DNA from: Pseudomonadota bacterium
GTDB lineage: Bacteria; Campylobacterota; Campylobacteria; Campylobacterales; Sulfurimonadaceae
Direction: 5' to 3'
Assembly (NCBI GenBank): GCA_043797085.1
Contig: JAZDQA010000006.1
Coordinates: 1-64,000, forward strand
Length of the DNA: 64,000 bases
How positions within the stretch are numbered: the first letter of the stretch is position 1; every line of letters begins with the position of its first letter. Under the pieces are notes generated by a model. That model did not search any database and was not told the origin of the DNA. It saw nothing but the letters and a program-made list of their open reading frames with translations. Positions 20,137 through 29,709 of this stretch are shown piece by piece. The position numbers and the translations under genes were made by a program.

Positions 20137-21621
20137 TTATTTAATGTCGATTGCAGCGGCCATGTCAACACGGCATAGTTTTTGAAACGCTACATCGTAT
20201 TTATCACGATCAATTTGTGTTCGATTGAATGAATTGAGATAAAAATGATATACATCTGATACCAATTCAGGGTTCCATTCTTCCAATTTATAGTATTCGA
20301 TCTCTCTCTCAAGCTCTTCAATAAGAGCTAATGCCATCGGAGGTTTTCCTGCGGCAAGCGCTACTTGAGCATGAAGAAATCGCCATCGGAACTTTTCTTC
20401 ATATGACCCAGCATCTCTAAAGAAGCGTTGAAGTATTTCCATCGCCTCTTTAGAATTTTTTTTATTAACAAGCGCATAACACTTCTCACCGATAATCGCT
20501 AACTGATCAACAGCCTCGCTTTCCTTTTCAGTCTCACCCCCTAGTGTTTGTTGATTTAGCCAACCCTTTATTTCGGATGTAACGAATGATGTTCCATCTC
20601 GAAACTTAAGCTCCGTCACACCTTCATTCGAATTGATAAAACCAAGCAACATATTTTTGACATCAGATGCTGCTTTATTCTTTTGGATCGATTCATATAT
20701 TTGAAATGCTTTATAATGCCCTTCGAGCCAAAATGGTGAGCGAAAGATTACATTTTCTATAACATGCAGTGCTTCATCATTTTTTCCTTCTGCTATGAGT
20801 AAATCAATCTGCTCAATGCGTTCAATGCTAGGCGGATTAAGCATGGTGCTTCCATTTTGAACAAGTGGTAGACCATCGATTTCCAACCAACTGATCATAC
20901 GTGTCATACGCAATGCACGACCATCATCTATTTGATGCTCTCGCCAATAATGGGTTAACTTTTCAGCATTTTTTTTCAGTTGGTTTAATACTTTTATCGC
21001 ATCACTATCATTAGTGATTTCATCACTTGATGTATTACTTGTACTAGTTAAAGGTACAAATATTTTTGGTTTTTCAGCTGCATCTCGTTGTTTTTTATCA
21101 GATACTTTTACTTCTAGAAGCCGACACGCCTCTGAAAACAATCGAACATCATCCTCACATACTTTTTTAACTTGTTCTTGAAAAATATGAAACAACTCTA
21201 GATAAGATTCCGAATCGTCAATAGATACACTTATTTGACGATCTTGAATAAGCTGAAGATTCATAACCGTTTCAAACCATGAAATGGCACCCAACTTAGC
21301 TCTATTCGATTTTGGAAAAAGATCTTTACCAAAATTTTCAAGTAACTGATTGATCGTTGAGATACCTTGAAAAAATCCTTTTAAACCATTTACTTTAAAC
21401 TGTGCATATGCCCACCAACAAAGTAGCTTTATGTCTTTAGTGCGAGTTAGCAAAAGTTTTTCAGATTCAATAATAATAAAGGACCAATCTGTTTTAGAGC
21501 CTTCTATAGGACTATTTATTTTATCAATCTCACTCTCAATTGATAAATAAACATCATCATATTTAGCATCAATACCACAATTAAATTCAACAGAAATTGA
21601 TTCAAAAATAAGTTTAAACAA
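20137..21621 (-). CDS. tssA: T6SS TssA (long type, ImpA_N plus VasJ-like C-terminal domain)
   Basis: DW...LL..TKDIKL ImpA_N motif, PFWLEGH, LKFRDGTSF, C-terminal LEEWNPEL; TTG start with AAGGA. Confidence 0.9.
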   Translation of the reverse strand: MFKLIFESISVEFNCGIDAKYDDVYLSIESEIDKINSPIEGSKTDWSFIIIESEKLLLTRTKDIKLLCWWAYAQFKVNGLKGFFQGISTINQLLENFGKDLFPKSNRAKLGAISWFETVMNLQLIQDRQISVSIDDSESYLELFHIFQEQVKKVCEDDVRLFSEACRLLEVKVSDKKQRDAAEKPKIFVPLTSTSNTSSDEITNDSDAIKVLNQLKKNAEKLTHYWREHQIDDGRALRMTRMISWLEIDGLPLVQNGSTMLNPPSIERIEQIDLLIAEGKNDEALHVIENVIFRSPFWLEGHYKAFQIYESIQKNKAASDVKNMLLGFINSNEGVTELKFRDGTSFVTSEIKGWLNQQTLGGETEKESEAVDQLAIIGEKCYALVNKKNSKEAMEILQRFFRDAGSYEEKFRWRFLHAQVALAAGKPPMALALIEELEREIEYYKLEEWNPELVSDVYHFYLNSFNRTQIDRDKYDVAFQKLCRVDMAAAIDIK

Positions 21622-21962
21622 TATCTATCCTTTTAATCTATGATTTAATGTTATATTATTTCAGCATATTACCGTTTTATTCTTTACAAAATCTTTTATA
21701 AATTAATTTTTATAATCATTGTGAATGTATTATTGTTATTTTATGTACTAAATATATAGGCTTAATAAAATATAAAAGTGTAATTTATATACTTTAATTT
21801 TGTTTTTATCGAATTTTTAATAAGTTTTTGGAGGCTAGAAAATCGTTATCAAACACGAAAATACACTTACTGGTCTTGACTTTTATTATTAAGAATATAG
21901 CCGTGTTTAAATATTTTTCAATACAATACAGTAACTCATTACACGATTATTAAGGATTTCCT

Positions 21963-22307
21963 ATCAAACCATTTGCAACGAATAGAAAAACGACACCAAA
22001 AAGAGATTATAAAAGCCCTCCTCCAACTTTTCAACGCAAAGCACCGCCGAAGAAAGAAAGTTTAGAAACCACTCAAAAAAATGAGATCAAAACAATGTTT
22101 ATGACGTGGTTCAAATCTAGCCGTGCCTTAGAAGGTCATATCATGACCAAGCAAGATGTTATCAACGGTATTTTAAAAAAATTAGGACCAAAAGAAGATC
22201 GCCCTTTTCAACTCGCCATGGACGAACTAAAGAATGACGGCATAATCGAAATGAAAGAAGACGGAGTCACGTTGGTATTGACGGCAAAAGGTGCTGACCT
22301 TCTTTAA
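21963..22307 (+). CDS. Hypothetical basic protein, probably 114 aa from a non-canonical ATC start (ORF track gives only 22095-22307)
   Basis: Frame is open from an in-frame TAA at 21951 through ATC 21963 to 22307, with AAGGA 6 nt before the ATC. The C-terminal MDELKNDGIIE...LVLTAKG segment resembles a winged-helix end. Confidence 0.55.
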   Translation: MKPFATNRKTTPKRDYKSPPPTFQRKAPPKKESLETTQKNEIKTMFMTWFKSSRALEGHIMTKQDVINGILKKLGPKEDRPFQLAMDELKNDGIIEMKEDGVTLVLTAKGADLL

Positions 22308-22380
22308 AAAACAAGAAGATAATCGCGAAATAATCAAAGTTAAAATAAAGTAGAATTTCAAAAACAATAAAAGGATCATC

Positions 22381-22659
22381 ATGGCATGGGCAACTGCACG
22401 ACATATATTAGTCGAGACGGAAGAAGAGTGTAATACATTGAAATCAGATATAGAAAACGGAACATCTTTCGAGACTGTTGCTCAAAGTCACTCCAAATGT
22501 CCCTCAGGCAGAGACGGCGGCTCTTTAGGTAAATTTGGTCCTGGTCAAATGGTTCCTGAGTTTGATAAAGCGGTATTTACTGGAGATGTCGGCGTTTTGT
22601 ACGGTCCGATCAAAACACAATTCGGTTACCACTTGCTCGAAGTTACTGCTAGAGGATAA
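22381..22659 (+). CDS. ppiC: Parvulin peptidyl-prolyl cis-trans isomerase PpiC
   Basis: ARHILV, HSKCPSG..GGSLG.F..GQMVPEFD, KTQFGYHL. Confidence 0.95.
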   Translation: MAWATARHILVETEEECNTLKSDIENGTSFETVAQSHSKCPSGRDGGSLGKFGPGQMVPEFDKAVFTGDVGVLYGPIKTQFGYHLLEVTARG

Positions 22660-22669
22660 CAAATGACTG

Positions 22670-22691
22670 TGAGGAAAATAAGTTTTCCTCA
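22670..22691 (+). terminator. Hairpin after ppiC
   Basis: TGAGGAAAA-TAAG-TTTTCCTCA inverted repeat. Confidence 0.6.
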
Positions 22692-22766
22692 TTCTCACTC
22701 GTCTATCAAGAGTTCCCCTTGCTCATTAGGTTATAATACTAAAAAATAACCGAAGGCTTTTTTCCC

Positions 22767-23681
22767 ATGTCAAATCACCCCACCCTCCTCAAACAATTTC
22801 GCTCCTTTTGTTTTCAAAATAGCGCAACGGATATTGAACAAGCGATAGAGTACTTCGCAGTTTTCGGCGGAATGGGATGGAGTGTCGATATGTCAAAACC
22901 GCTGGATGAACTTATTGAAGAAAAAGTGCTGGCAAATTATCGATATATTCATGGGGACATTACTAAAATCACCCAAAGCAATAAATCCTACCACTCTCTT
23001 CTCACTGCACTGGCAAGCGGTGACAGACGTGAGCATTCAGCATTCAAACGTGCCAATCTGTCTCGAAAAGAGGGAGAAGAATCTGCTGCATTTTTGATCA
23101 AATTTGGGATACTGGCTCGTGAAACTTCGCAGGATGAACCCGCCGATGAAAATGAAATAGTCTCTGCACGGCTTGTATTTATCAGTCCGTTTATCCGTTT
23201 TTGGTTTTCTGCAATCTCACCGTATTATAAGGGGATTAAAGAAGGTGACTATCTAGAAGCAAAAGAGCGCTGGGTTGAAATCAAACAGACATTTTTTGAT
23301 TCAATTTATGAGAAGCTCGTAATGGAACGTATCAAAGAGAGTTTCAAAGGTGATTGGATTGAAAAAATCGGTTCTTATTGGGATAAAAATGGTGAAATAG
23401 AAATATTGGGACGAACAAAAGCGGGTAAGATTGTGGCAGGTTCCTGCAAATATTCAAAAGCCAAAGCCAATAAAAGTGAACTAACTAAACTTCAAGAGAA
23501 ATGTGCTCGTGCGAAACTTAATCCCGATATTTTTGTCATCTTCTCAAAAAATGGCTTTTCAAGCGAGTTTAAAAAGGAAAAAGGTGAAACCCTCCGTCTC
23601 TTTAGTCTTAAACATCTAAAAAGTCTGATCGAAGATTTGAGCGAGAAAGATCTTCTTATCAATACGAACAAGAAATATTAG
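22767..23681 (+). CDS. DUF234-domain protein (C-terminal part of the archaeal-ATPase family, no P-loop)
   Basis: FAVFGG, PFIRFWF, YEKL, GSYWDKNGEIEI, GSCKY, FSKNGFS. Confidence 0.75.
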   Translation: MSNHPTLLKQFRSFCFQNSATDIEQAIEYFAVFGGMGWSVDMSKPLDELIEEKVLANYRYIHGDITKITQSNKSYHSLLTALASGDRREHSAFKRANLSRKEGEESAAFLIKFGILARETSQDEPADENEIVSARLVFISPFIRFWFSAISPYYKGIKEGDYLEAKERWVEIKQTFFDSIYEKLVMERIKESFKGDWIEKIGSYWDKNGEIEILGRTKAGKIVAGSCKYSKAKANKSELTKLQEKCARAKLNPDIFVIFSKNGFSSEFKKEKGETLRLFSLKHLKSLIEDLSEKDLLINTNKKY

Positions 23682-23712
23682 TCACTCTACAACTCAATGC
23701 CCAAGGTCTTCC

Positions 23713-24561
23713 ATGCAACGTTATAAAATCATTCATCGCACTTACTATAACTATTCTGCGAACGTAATGCTGGGAGCCCACAACCTGCTCTTACGCCCTC
23801 GAGAAGACTATGAACTGCGCATCGAGTCTTTTACCCTAAAGACGATTCCTGAATCTAATATTCTTTGGCATCGGGATGTTGAGGGGAATTCGGTTGCTAT
23901 TGCCAGTTTTGATCTGCCGACAAATCAACTTTTGATTGAAAGTGAAGTAATAATCCAGCAATTTAATGAAGACCCTCTTGACTTTTTGGTGAGTGATTAC
24001 GCGATTTCTTATCCTTTTAGTTATCGTGAAGATGAACAAATTTTGCTTTCTCCCTATATGGAATTACCCGAACAAGAAACCATCAATGCCGTACATGAAT
24101 GGATCAGCAATTTTTGGAAACCTGATGAAACAATTCAAACCTATACGCTCCTGCAGCGAATTGCCGAATATATTTATCAAACACTGCTTTATAAGGTGAG
24201 AGAAGAACCGGGGGTGCAAAGTGCCACTCAAACGCTCTCTTATGGAACAGGCTCGTGTCGTGATTTCGCCTTGCTATTTATGGAAGCTGTGAGATGTTTG
24301 GGATTGGCTTCGCGGTTTGTCAGCGGATATCTCTACGCGCCGCTCATGTCAGAAATAGGATCAACGCATGCATGGGCTGAAGTCTATTTGCCGGGTGCCG
24401 GATGGAAGGGATTTGACCCAACAATCGGAAAAATCGCAGGAAGTGATCACATAGCCGTAGCCGTTGCACGATTAGCCGAAGCCGTCCCCCCAATAGCAGG
24501 ATCATTCGTCGGTACTGCGGATTCAACTATGGATGTGGGCGTATGGGTCAGTCAGTGTTAA
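23713..24561 (+). CDS. Bacterial transglutaminase-like protein (N-terminal beta domain plus core)
   Basis: IIHRTYYNY, LRPR, DVEGN; triad GSCRDFA, THAWAEVY, GFDPT. Confidence 0.92.
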   Translation: MQRYKIIHRTYYNYSANVMLGAHNLLLRPREDYELRIESFTLKTIPESNILWHRDVEGNSVAIASFDLPTNQLLIESEVIIQQFNEDPLDFLVSDYAISYPFSYREDEQILLSPYMELPEQETINAVHEWISNFWKPDETIQTYTLLQRIAEYIYQTLLYKVREEPGVQSATQTLSYGTGSCRDFALLFMEAVRCLGLASRFVSGYLYAPLMSEIGSTHAWAEVYLPGAGWKGFDPTIGKIAGSDHIAVAVARLAEAVPPIAGSFVGTADSTMDVGVWVSQC

Positions 24562-24575
24562 TGCTATAATGACGC

Positions 24576-25838
24576 ATGCAAAACTCCCCTAAAACTTCTT
24601 TTGATCTCATTGTCGTAGGTGGCGGGGCAGCAGGTCTTATCGCTGCCATTACCGCTGCACGTCGTGGGAACAAGGTCCTTCTCCTCGAAAAACTCTCTAA
24701 AATAGCTTCTAAGCTCAAAGCAACCGGCGGCGGTCGATGCAATCTGACCAATACCCTCTCTAATGAAGATTTCATGGCACGTTTCGGTCGTGAGGGAAAA
24801 TTTATGACTCCTGCCCTGAATGCTTTTGATCATCGTGCTTTAATTGCTTTTTTTGCTGACATAGGAGTAGAGAGCCATGCACCCGATGGCTATCGTGTTT
24901 TTCCAATCTCTCACAGTTCGGTCAGTATCATCACCGCACTCGAAGAGGAAATGGCTCGATTGGGAGTAACCCTCATCACCTCATCACGCGCTGAAAGTTT
25001 AGCCCATGACGGTACTCGCGTAATAGGAGTAACCACCGCAGAAAATAGCTACACTGCAACCAATGTCATTATCGCAACAGGAGGTCTAGGCTATCCGCAA
25101 TTAGGTGCCGAGGGTGATGGATTCACTATTGCCTCCGCTGTTGGGCACAAAATTACCGATCTCTATCCCGCTATGATGCCACTGCGTACTAAAGAGACAT
25201 GGGTGGCTATGTGTCGTGCAGACACCATCGCAAAAGCAGAACTTCGTGTTGATTTACCCAAAGCCAAAAATCTTCGGGCCATTGGGGATCTTATCTTCAC
25301 GGCAAATGGTATTCGTGGTCCCGTCGTCCTTGATTTTGCTCGCGAAGTGAATCCTCTGCTGGAAAAATACGGTGAAGTACCTTTGCTCATCAACCTGACC
25401 AAAGGGTTAAATGAAGAGCAAATTCGCACACACATCAAAAATGAAATTTACAAAAATCCAGAGCAGTCCGTATTGACCCATCTCATGACGCTCCTTCCTG
25501 AATCAATTGCCCGCGAACTCTGCATCCTCGCTCAAGCTGATCCGGACATGGGATTTAACAAGCTCGAAGGAATTTCGCGTGACCGTCTTATCAAACTTCT
25601 CGCATGGACACCTCTCACGGTTATCGGGCATGATGGATTTAAAATGGCGATGATTACACGAGGCGGTGTCTCGCTCAAAGAAATACGTCCTGAAACCATG
25701 GAAAGTAAAATACTCAACGGTCTTTATTTTTGCGGTGAAGTGATGAATCTTGATGGTCCGTGCGGTGGATATAATCTCCAGTGGTCCTTTGCCAGCGGGT
25801 ATGTAGCGGGAAATTTGGGTGCATTGACCGTTAAATAG
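24576..25838 (+). CDS. HI0933/YhiN-family FAD-dependent oxidoreductase
   Basis: GGGAAG, TGGGRCNLTN, ATGGLGYPQLG, TRGGVSL, GEVMNLDGPCGGYNLQWSFASG. Confidence 0.93.
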   Translation: MQNSPKTSFDLIVVGGGAAGLIAAITAARRGNKVLLLEKLSKIASKLKATGGGRCNLTNTLSNEDFMARFGREGKFMTPALNAFDHRALIAFFADIGVESHAPDGYRVFPISHSSVSIITALEEEMARLGVTLITSSRAESLAHDGTRVIGVTTAENSYTATNVIIATGGLGYPQLGAEGDGFTIASAVGHKITDLYPAMMPLRTKETWVAMCRADTIAKAELRVDLPKAKNLRAIGDLIFTANGIRGPVVLDFAREVNPLLEKYGEVPLLINLTKGLNEEQIRTHIKNEIYKNPEQSVLTHLMTLLPESIARELCILAQADPDMGFNKLEGISRDRLIKLLAWTPLTVIGHDGFKMAMITRGGVSLKEIRPETMESKILNGLYFCGEVMNLDGPCGGYNLQWSFASGYVAGNLGALTVK

Positions 25839-25851
25839 ATATAATGTTTCT

Positions 25852-26814
25852 ATGAAAAATATAACTCTTTTACTCGTCGCTTTTATCACTCTTATCTTTC
25901 TTGGCGGATGTCAAAAAGATAATATTAATACATATCAAGGTTATGCAGAGGGCGAATTTGTCAACATTTCATCCACCCAAAGCGGTAAACTCGATAAACT
26001 TTTCGTCAAACGCGGCGATAAAGTTTCCAAAAATTCAAATCTTTACGCATTGGAATCTGACAGCGAAGTCATTGCCTTAACCCAAGCAAAAGAAGCATTA
26101 TCCGCTGCTCAATCCATACTCAATGATTATAAAAAAGGATCACGTCCTCAAGAATTGGATGTCATCACAGCTCAACTTTCACAAGCGCTGGCAAATGCAA
26201 AGAATGCACAAGAACAGCTCACTCGAAATACCTTACTCTATCAATCCAATGCAGTCTCCAAAGAACAACTCGATACCTCAACGGCTCTTGCAAAAAGTAC
26301 TGAGGGCAAGGTAAAAGAATTACGTGATTCACTCAGAGTTGCCAAACTTTCCAAACGTTCCGATCAAATCCTAGCCCAAGAATCTCATATCAAAGAGCTC
26401 AAGGCCATCGTCGATCAAGCGCAATGGAAACTAAGTGAAAAAGCGCTCAAATCTCGAGAAAATGCTTTGGTTTTCGATACCCTTTATCGTGAAGGTGAGT
26501 GGGTTCCATCAGGCGGAATCGTTGTACGTCTCCTCCCTCCTGAAAATATCAAAATCCGTTTTTTCGTTCCGCAGGTGATTGCAGAGCATCTTGTGATCAA
26601 CCAAAAAGTGAGCCTGATTGCACGTGCTGACGGTAAAAAAATACTCGCTCATATCACCTACATATCGACTGAGGCGGAATATACGCCTCCCATTATTTAT
26701 AGCAATGAGACCAAAGACAAACTCACATATATGATCGAAGCCTATCCCAATGTTACCGATCCCCCCCTACTGCATCCGGGTCAGCCAGTGGAAGTTTCCC
26801 TTGAACACCCCTGA
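25852..26814 (+). CDS. HlyD/YbhG-like membrane-fusion lipoprotein of an ABC exporter
   Basis: Lipobox LGGC, YQGYAEGE, coiled coil, AEYTPPIIYS, LHPGQPV. Confidence 0.9.
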   Translation: MKNITLLLVAFITLIFLGGCQKDNINTYQGYAEGEFVNISSTQSGKLDKLFVKRGDKVSKNSNLYALESDSEVIALTQAKEALSAAQSILNDYKKGSRPQELDVITAQLSQALANAKNAQEQLTRNTLLYQSNAVSKEQLDTSTALAKSTEGKVKELRDSLRVAKLSKRSDQILAQESHIKELKAIVDQAQWKLSEKALKSRENALVFDTLYREGEWVPSGGIVVRLLPPENIKIRFFVPQVIAEHLVINQKVSLIARADGKKILAHITYISTEAEYTPPIIYSNETKDKLTYMIEAYPNVTDPPLLHPGQPVEVSLEHP

Positions 26815-27730
26815 TTATGCAATCGACGTTCACGGGCTCAATAAGTATTTCGGCGATAAACATGTCGTCAAAGATCTTTCACTGCAAGTCAAACACGGTG
26901 AAATTCTCGGCTTTCTAGGACCAAACGGAAGCGGTAAAACTACTGCCATTCGGATGTTGTGTGGATTATTGACCCCCGATAGCGGTGAAGGACATTGTTT
27001 GGGATACGACATTTTGAGCCAAAGCGATGCCATCAAGCACGAAGTGGGCTATATGACCCAAAAATTCTCCTATTGGGAAGATTTGAGCATTCGTGAAAAT
27101 CTCGATTTTGTGGCACGGGTATATGAGCTAGCCAACCGCAAGCAAATTGTAAACGAAGCACTCGAAACACTGGGACTCACTTCTCGCGCAAGCCAACTTG
27201 CAAAGTCACTATCAGGGGGATGGAAACAACGCCTTGCCCTCGCCGCTTGCATGCTTCGTCATCCAAGATTGCTCCTGCTGGATGAACCTACCGCAGGAGT
27301 AGATCCCAGTGCCCGAAGAGATTTTTGGGAAGAGCTTCATGAGCTTGCGGCGCAAGGTGTTTCCGTACTCATCAGCACTCACTACATGGATGAAGCAGAA
27401 CGATGTCATAAACTCGCTTACATCGCCTATGGAAACCTCCTCACACAAGGAACCGCCAAAAGTATCATTGAAACCCAAGAACTCTTTACCTATGAACTAT
27501 CCGGTGATGAATTAATGGGTATTTCGAAAAGACTTGAACGAAATGACTGCATTGAACAAACGGTCATTTTTGGCTCAACACTTCACGTAAGCGGGAAAAA
27601 TCCACAGGCAATCGAAACAGCCTTAAAAGGGCAAAATTTCAAACCGATTCCCACATCACTTGAAGATGTTTTTATACATTTGATGAAACGCTCAACGGAT
27701 AATTTTGGAGATAATAGTGATATTCGTTAG
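26801..27730 (+). CDS. ABC-2 type ATP-binding protein
   Basis: GPNGSGKT, LSGGWKQR, LLLLDEPT, STHYMDEAE. TTG 26801 is the likely start (track begins at 26750). Confidence 0.93.
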   Translation: MNTPDYAIDVHGLNKYFGDKHVVKDLSLQVKHGEILGFLGPNGSGKTTAIRMLCGLLTPDSGEGHCLGYDILSQSDAIKHEVGYMTQKFSYWEDLSIRENLDFVARVYELANRKQIVNEALETLGLTSRASQLAKSLSGGWKQRLALAACMLRHPRLLLLDEPTAGVDPSARRDFWEELHELAAQGVSVLISTHYMDEAERCHKLAYIAYGNLLTQGTAKSIIETQELFTYELSGDELMGISKRLERNDCIEQTVIFGSTLHVSGKNPQAIETALKGQNFKPIPTSLEDVFIHLMKRSTDNFGDNSDIR

Positions 27731-28859
27731 TACATTTAGTTTTGCTAGATGGTGGGCAATCGTCATAAAAGAGTTTCTCCAGCTCAAGCGTGACCGTGTG
27801 ACGTTTGCCATGATGGTCGTTTTACCCATCATTCAGCTGGCACTTTTCGGATTTGCAATCAATACTGATCCCAAACATCTTCCCACGGCTGTTGTTTCGT
27901 CCGATAAAAGTGAATTTGCCCGCACCCTGATTTCTGCCATGCAAACCTCTCAATACTACAAGATTGATACACAATATACCACTGCCAACGAAGCACAAGC
28001 TGCGCTCAAACGCGGAGATGTTCAGTTCATCCTGACTATCCCCTCCGATTTTACCCAAAAACTTCTCAGGGGCGAAAAACCTTCCTTGCTGCTTGAAGCC
28101 GATGCTACCGATCCGGTCACAGTCTCGACCGCACTTCTATCCATAGAGGGAATAGCGTCTCAGGTAGCCAAGAAAGATTTAACTGGTCCGCTCTCAGTTC
28201 TTTGGAGTCAAAAAAAGCCTTTTGACGTGCGGGTCCATCGACTCTATAACCCTAATGGTATCAACCAATACAACATAATTCCAGGACTCATGGGGACGCT
28301 TATGACGATGACTCTTGCTATGATGACGGCATTGGCTATTACGCGTGAACGTGAACGCGGAACGATGGAAAATCTGCTCGCCACTCCTGCACGTCCGCTT
28401 GAAATCATGACAGGTAAAATCATTCCCTATGTATTCATTGGTCTCATCCAAGCCACTCTTATTTTATGTGCCTCGTATTTTGTCTTTAATGTCCCTTTTA
28501 ACGGTTCAATTCTTTTGGCATACGCAGTTGCATTGCTCTTTATTGCGGTCAATCTGACCATCGGTATTACCATCTCCTCACTGGCGCAAAATATGCTGCA
28601 AGCACTGCAGCTTACTATCTTTTATTTTCTCCCGAGTATTTTACTTTCTGGATTTATGTTCCCTTTTTCCGGAATGCCGAAATGGGCTCAACACATAGGT
28701 GAACTTCTTCCCCTCACCTATTTTAATCGACTCATACGGGGCATTGTCCTAAAAAATAATGATTTAGCAACGCTATGGCCCAATATTTGGCCTCTCATGA
28801 TCATAGGTCTCGTCATGATGACATTGGCAGTCAAATTTTATAAAAAGACCCTCGATTAA
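27705..28859 (+). CDS. ABC-2 type permease (YbhR/S-like)
   Basis: KEFLQLKRD, LFGFAIN, RERERGTMENLL, LSGFMFP, multiple TM helices; exact start (27705 or 27717) uncertain. Confidence 0.92.
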   Translation: MEIIVIFVSTFSFARWWAIVIKEFLQLKRDRVTFAMMVVLPIIQLALFGFAINTDPKHLPTAVVSSDKSEFARTLISAMQTSQYYKIDTQYTTANEAQAALKRGDVQFILTIPSDFTQKLLRGEKPSLLLEADATDPVTVSTALLSIEGIASQVAKKDLTGPLSVLWSQKKPFDVRVHRLYNPNGINQYNIIPGLMGTLMTMTLAMMTALAITRERERGTMENLLATPARPLEIMTGKIIPYVFIGLIQATLILCASYFVFNVPFNGSILLAYAVALLFIAVNLTIGITISSLAQNMLQALQLTIFYFLPSILLSGFMFPFSGMPKWAQHIGELLPLTYFNRLIRGIVLKNNDLATLWPNIWPLMIIGLVMMTLAVKFYKKTLD

Positions 28860-28924
28860 AAATATGACGTTTCTCGCTATAATGCCGCATATTTTACTCT
28901 CTAAATTTTATTGAAACGATTTGT

Positions 28925-29701
28925 ATGAATAAACTACTCTTTACCCTTCTATTTCTATTCCAAACAGCCCTTTTTGCAGATGTGAATAGCATTTATGACA
29001 TCCGAGGTTCATCTCATTTACTCGATACCAATATGACACAGTTCTTAAATAAATGGCGTACCGATACAATTACTCCCATCCAAAATGGAACGTATAAAAG
29101 TGTTTACGTCAATGGCAATACCACTAAAAAAGTCGTAGCTTTGACCTTTGACGATGCACCCGATGAGAACAATACGCGTAATATTCTCGATATTTTAAAA
29201 AAGCATGATGTAAAAGCAAGCTTTTTTATGATTGCTGCAACGATGAATGATGAAAACATTACCGCAGTAAAACGCTCCTTTAATGAGGGACATCTTGTAC
29301 TAAACCACAGCTTTAACCATCCTCGCTTTACCAATCTTGACGAAAATTCGACACTCTCGCAACTTGATCGTACTTCTACACAAATTGAAACACTCACCGG
29401 AAGTTATCCTCTGCTCTTTCGCCCTCCGTACGGTTCGATCAATCAAAACGTCGTAGACACCGTCCATGCATCCGGCTCTTCTATTATACTCTGGTCGCTT
29501 GATTCACTCGATTGGACACTCAAAGATCCTTTTGCCGTTGCCAACAACGTTGTTTCTAATGTGCGTAACGGCGATATTATCCTCATGCACCGAAATCCAA
29601 CCAGCGTAGCATCCCTAGAAATGATTATAGAAACTTTGCACTCTATTGGCTACACATTCACAACACTTGATGTCATGTTGAATCTCAAAGCTTACAAATA
29701 A
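28925..29701 (+). CDS. Secreted polysaccharide deacetylase (NodB/CE4 family)
   Basis: Signal peptide; LTFDDAP, NHSFNH, FRPPYG, DSLDW, ILMH motifs. Confidence 0.92.
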   Translation: MNKLLFTLLFLFQTALFADVNSIYDIRGSSHLLDTNMTQFLNKWRTDTITPIQNGTYKSVYVNGNTTKKVVALTFDDAPDENNTRNILDILKKHDVKASFFMIAATMNDENITAVKRSFNEGHLVLNHSFNHPRFTNLDENSTLSQLDRTSTQIETLTGSYPLLFRPPYGSINQNVVDTVHASGSSIILWSLDSLDWTLKDPFAVANNVVSNVRNGDIILMHRNPTSVASLEMIIETLHSIGYTFTTLDVMLNLKAYK

Positions 29702-29709
29702 AAATAGAT

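Noticed and set aside
21622..21950. Genomic-island boundary or operator upstream of tssA (imperfect AAAGTGTA-N5-TATACTTT at 21775-21795)
   Set aside because: No integrase, tRNA, transposase or direct repeat is visible, and such palindromes arise readily in very AT-rich DNA.
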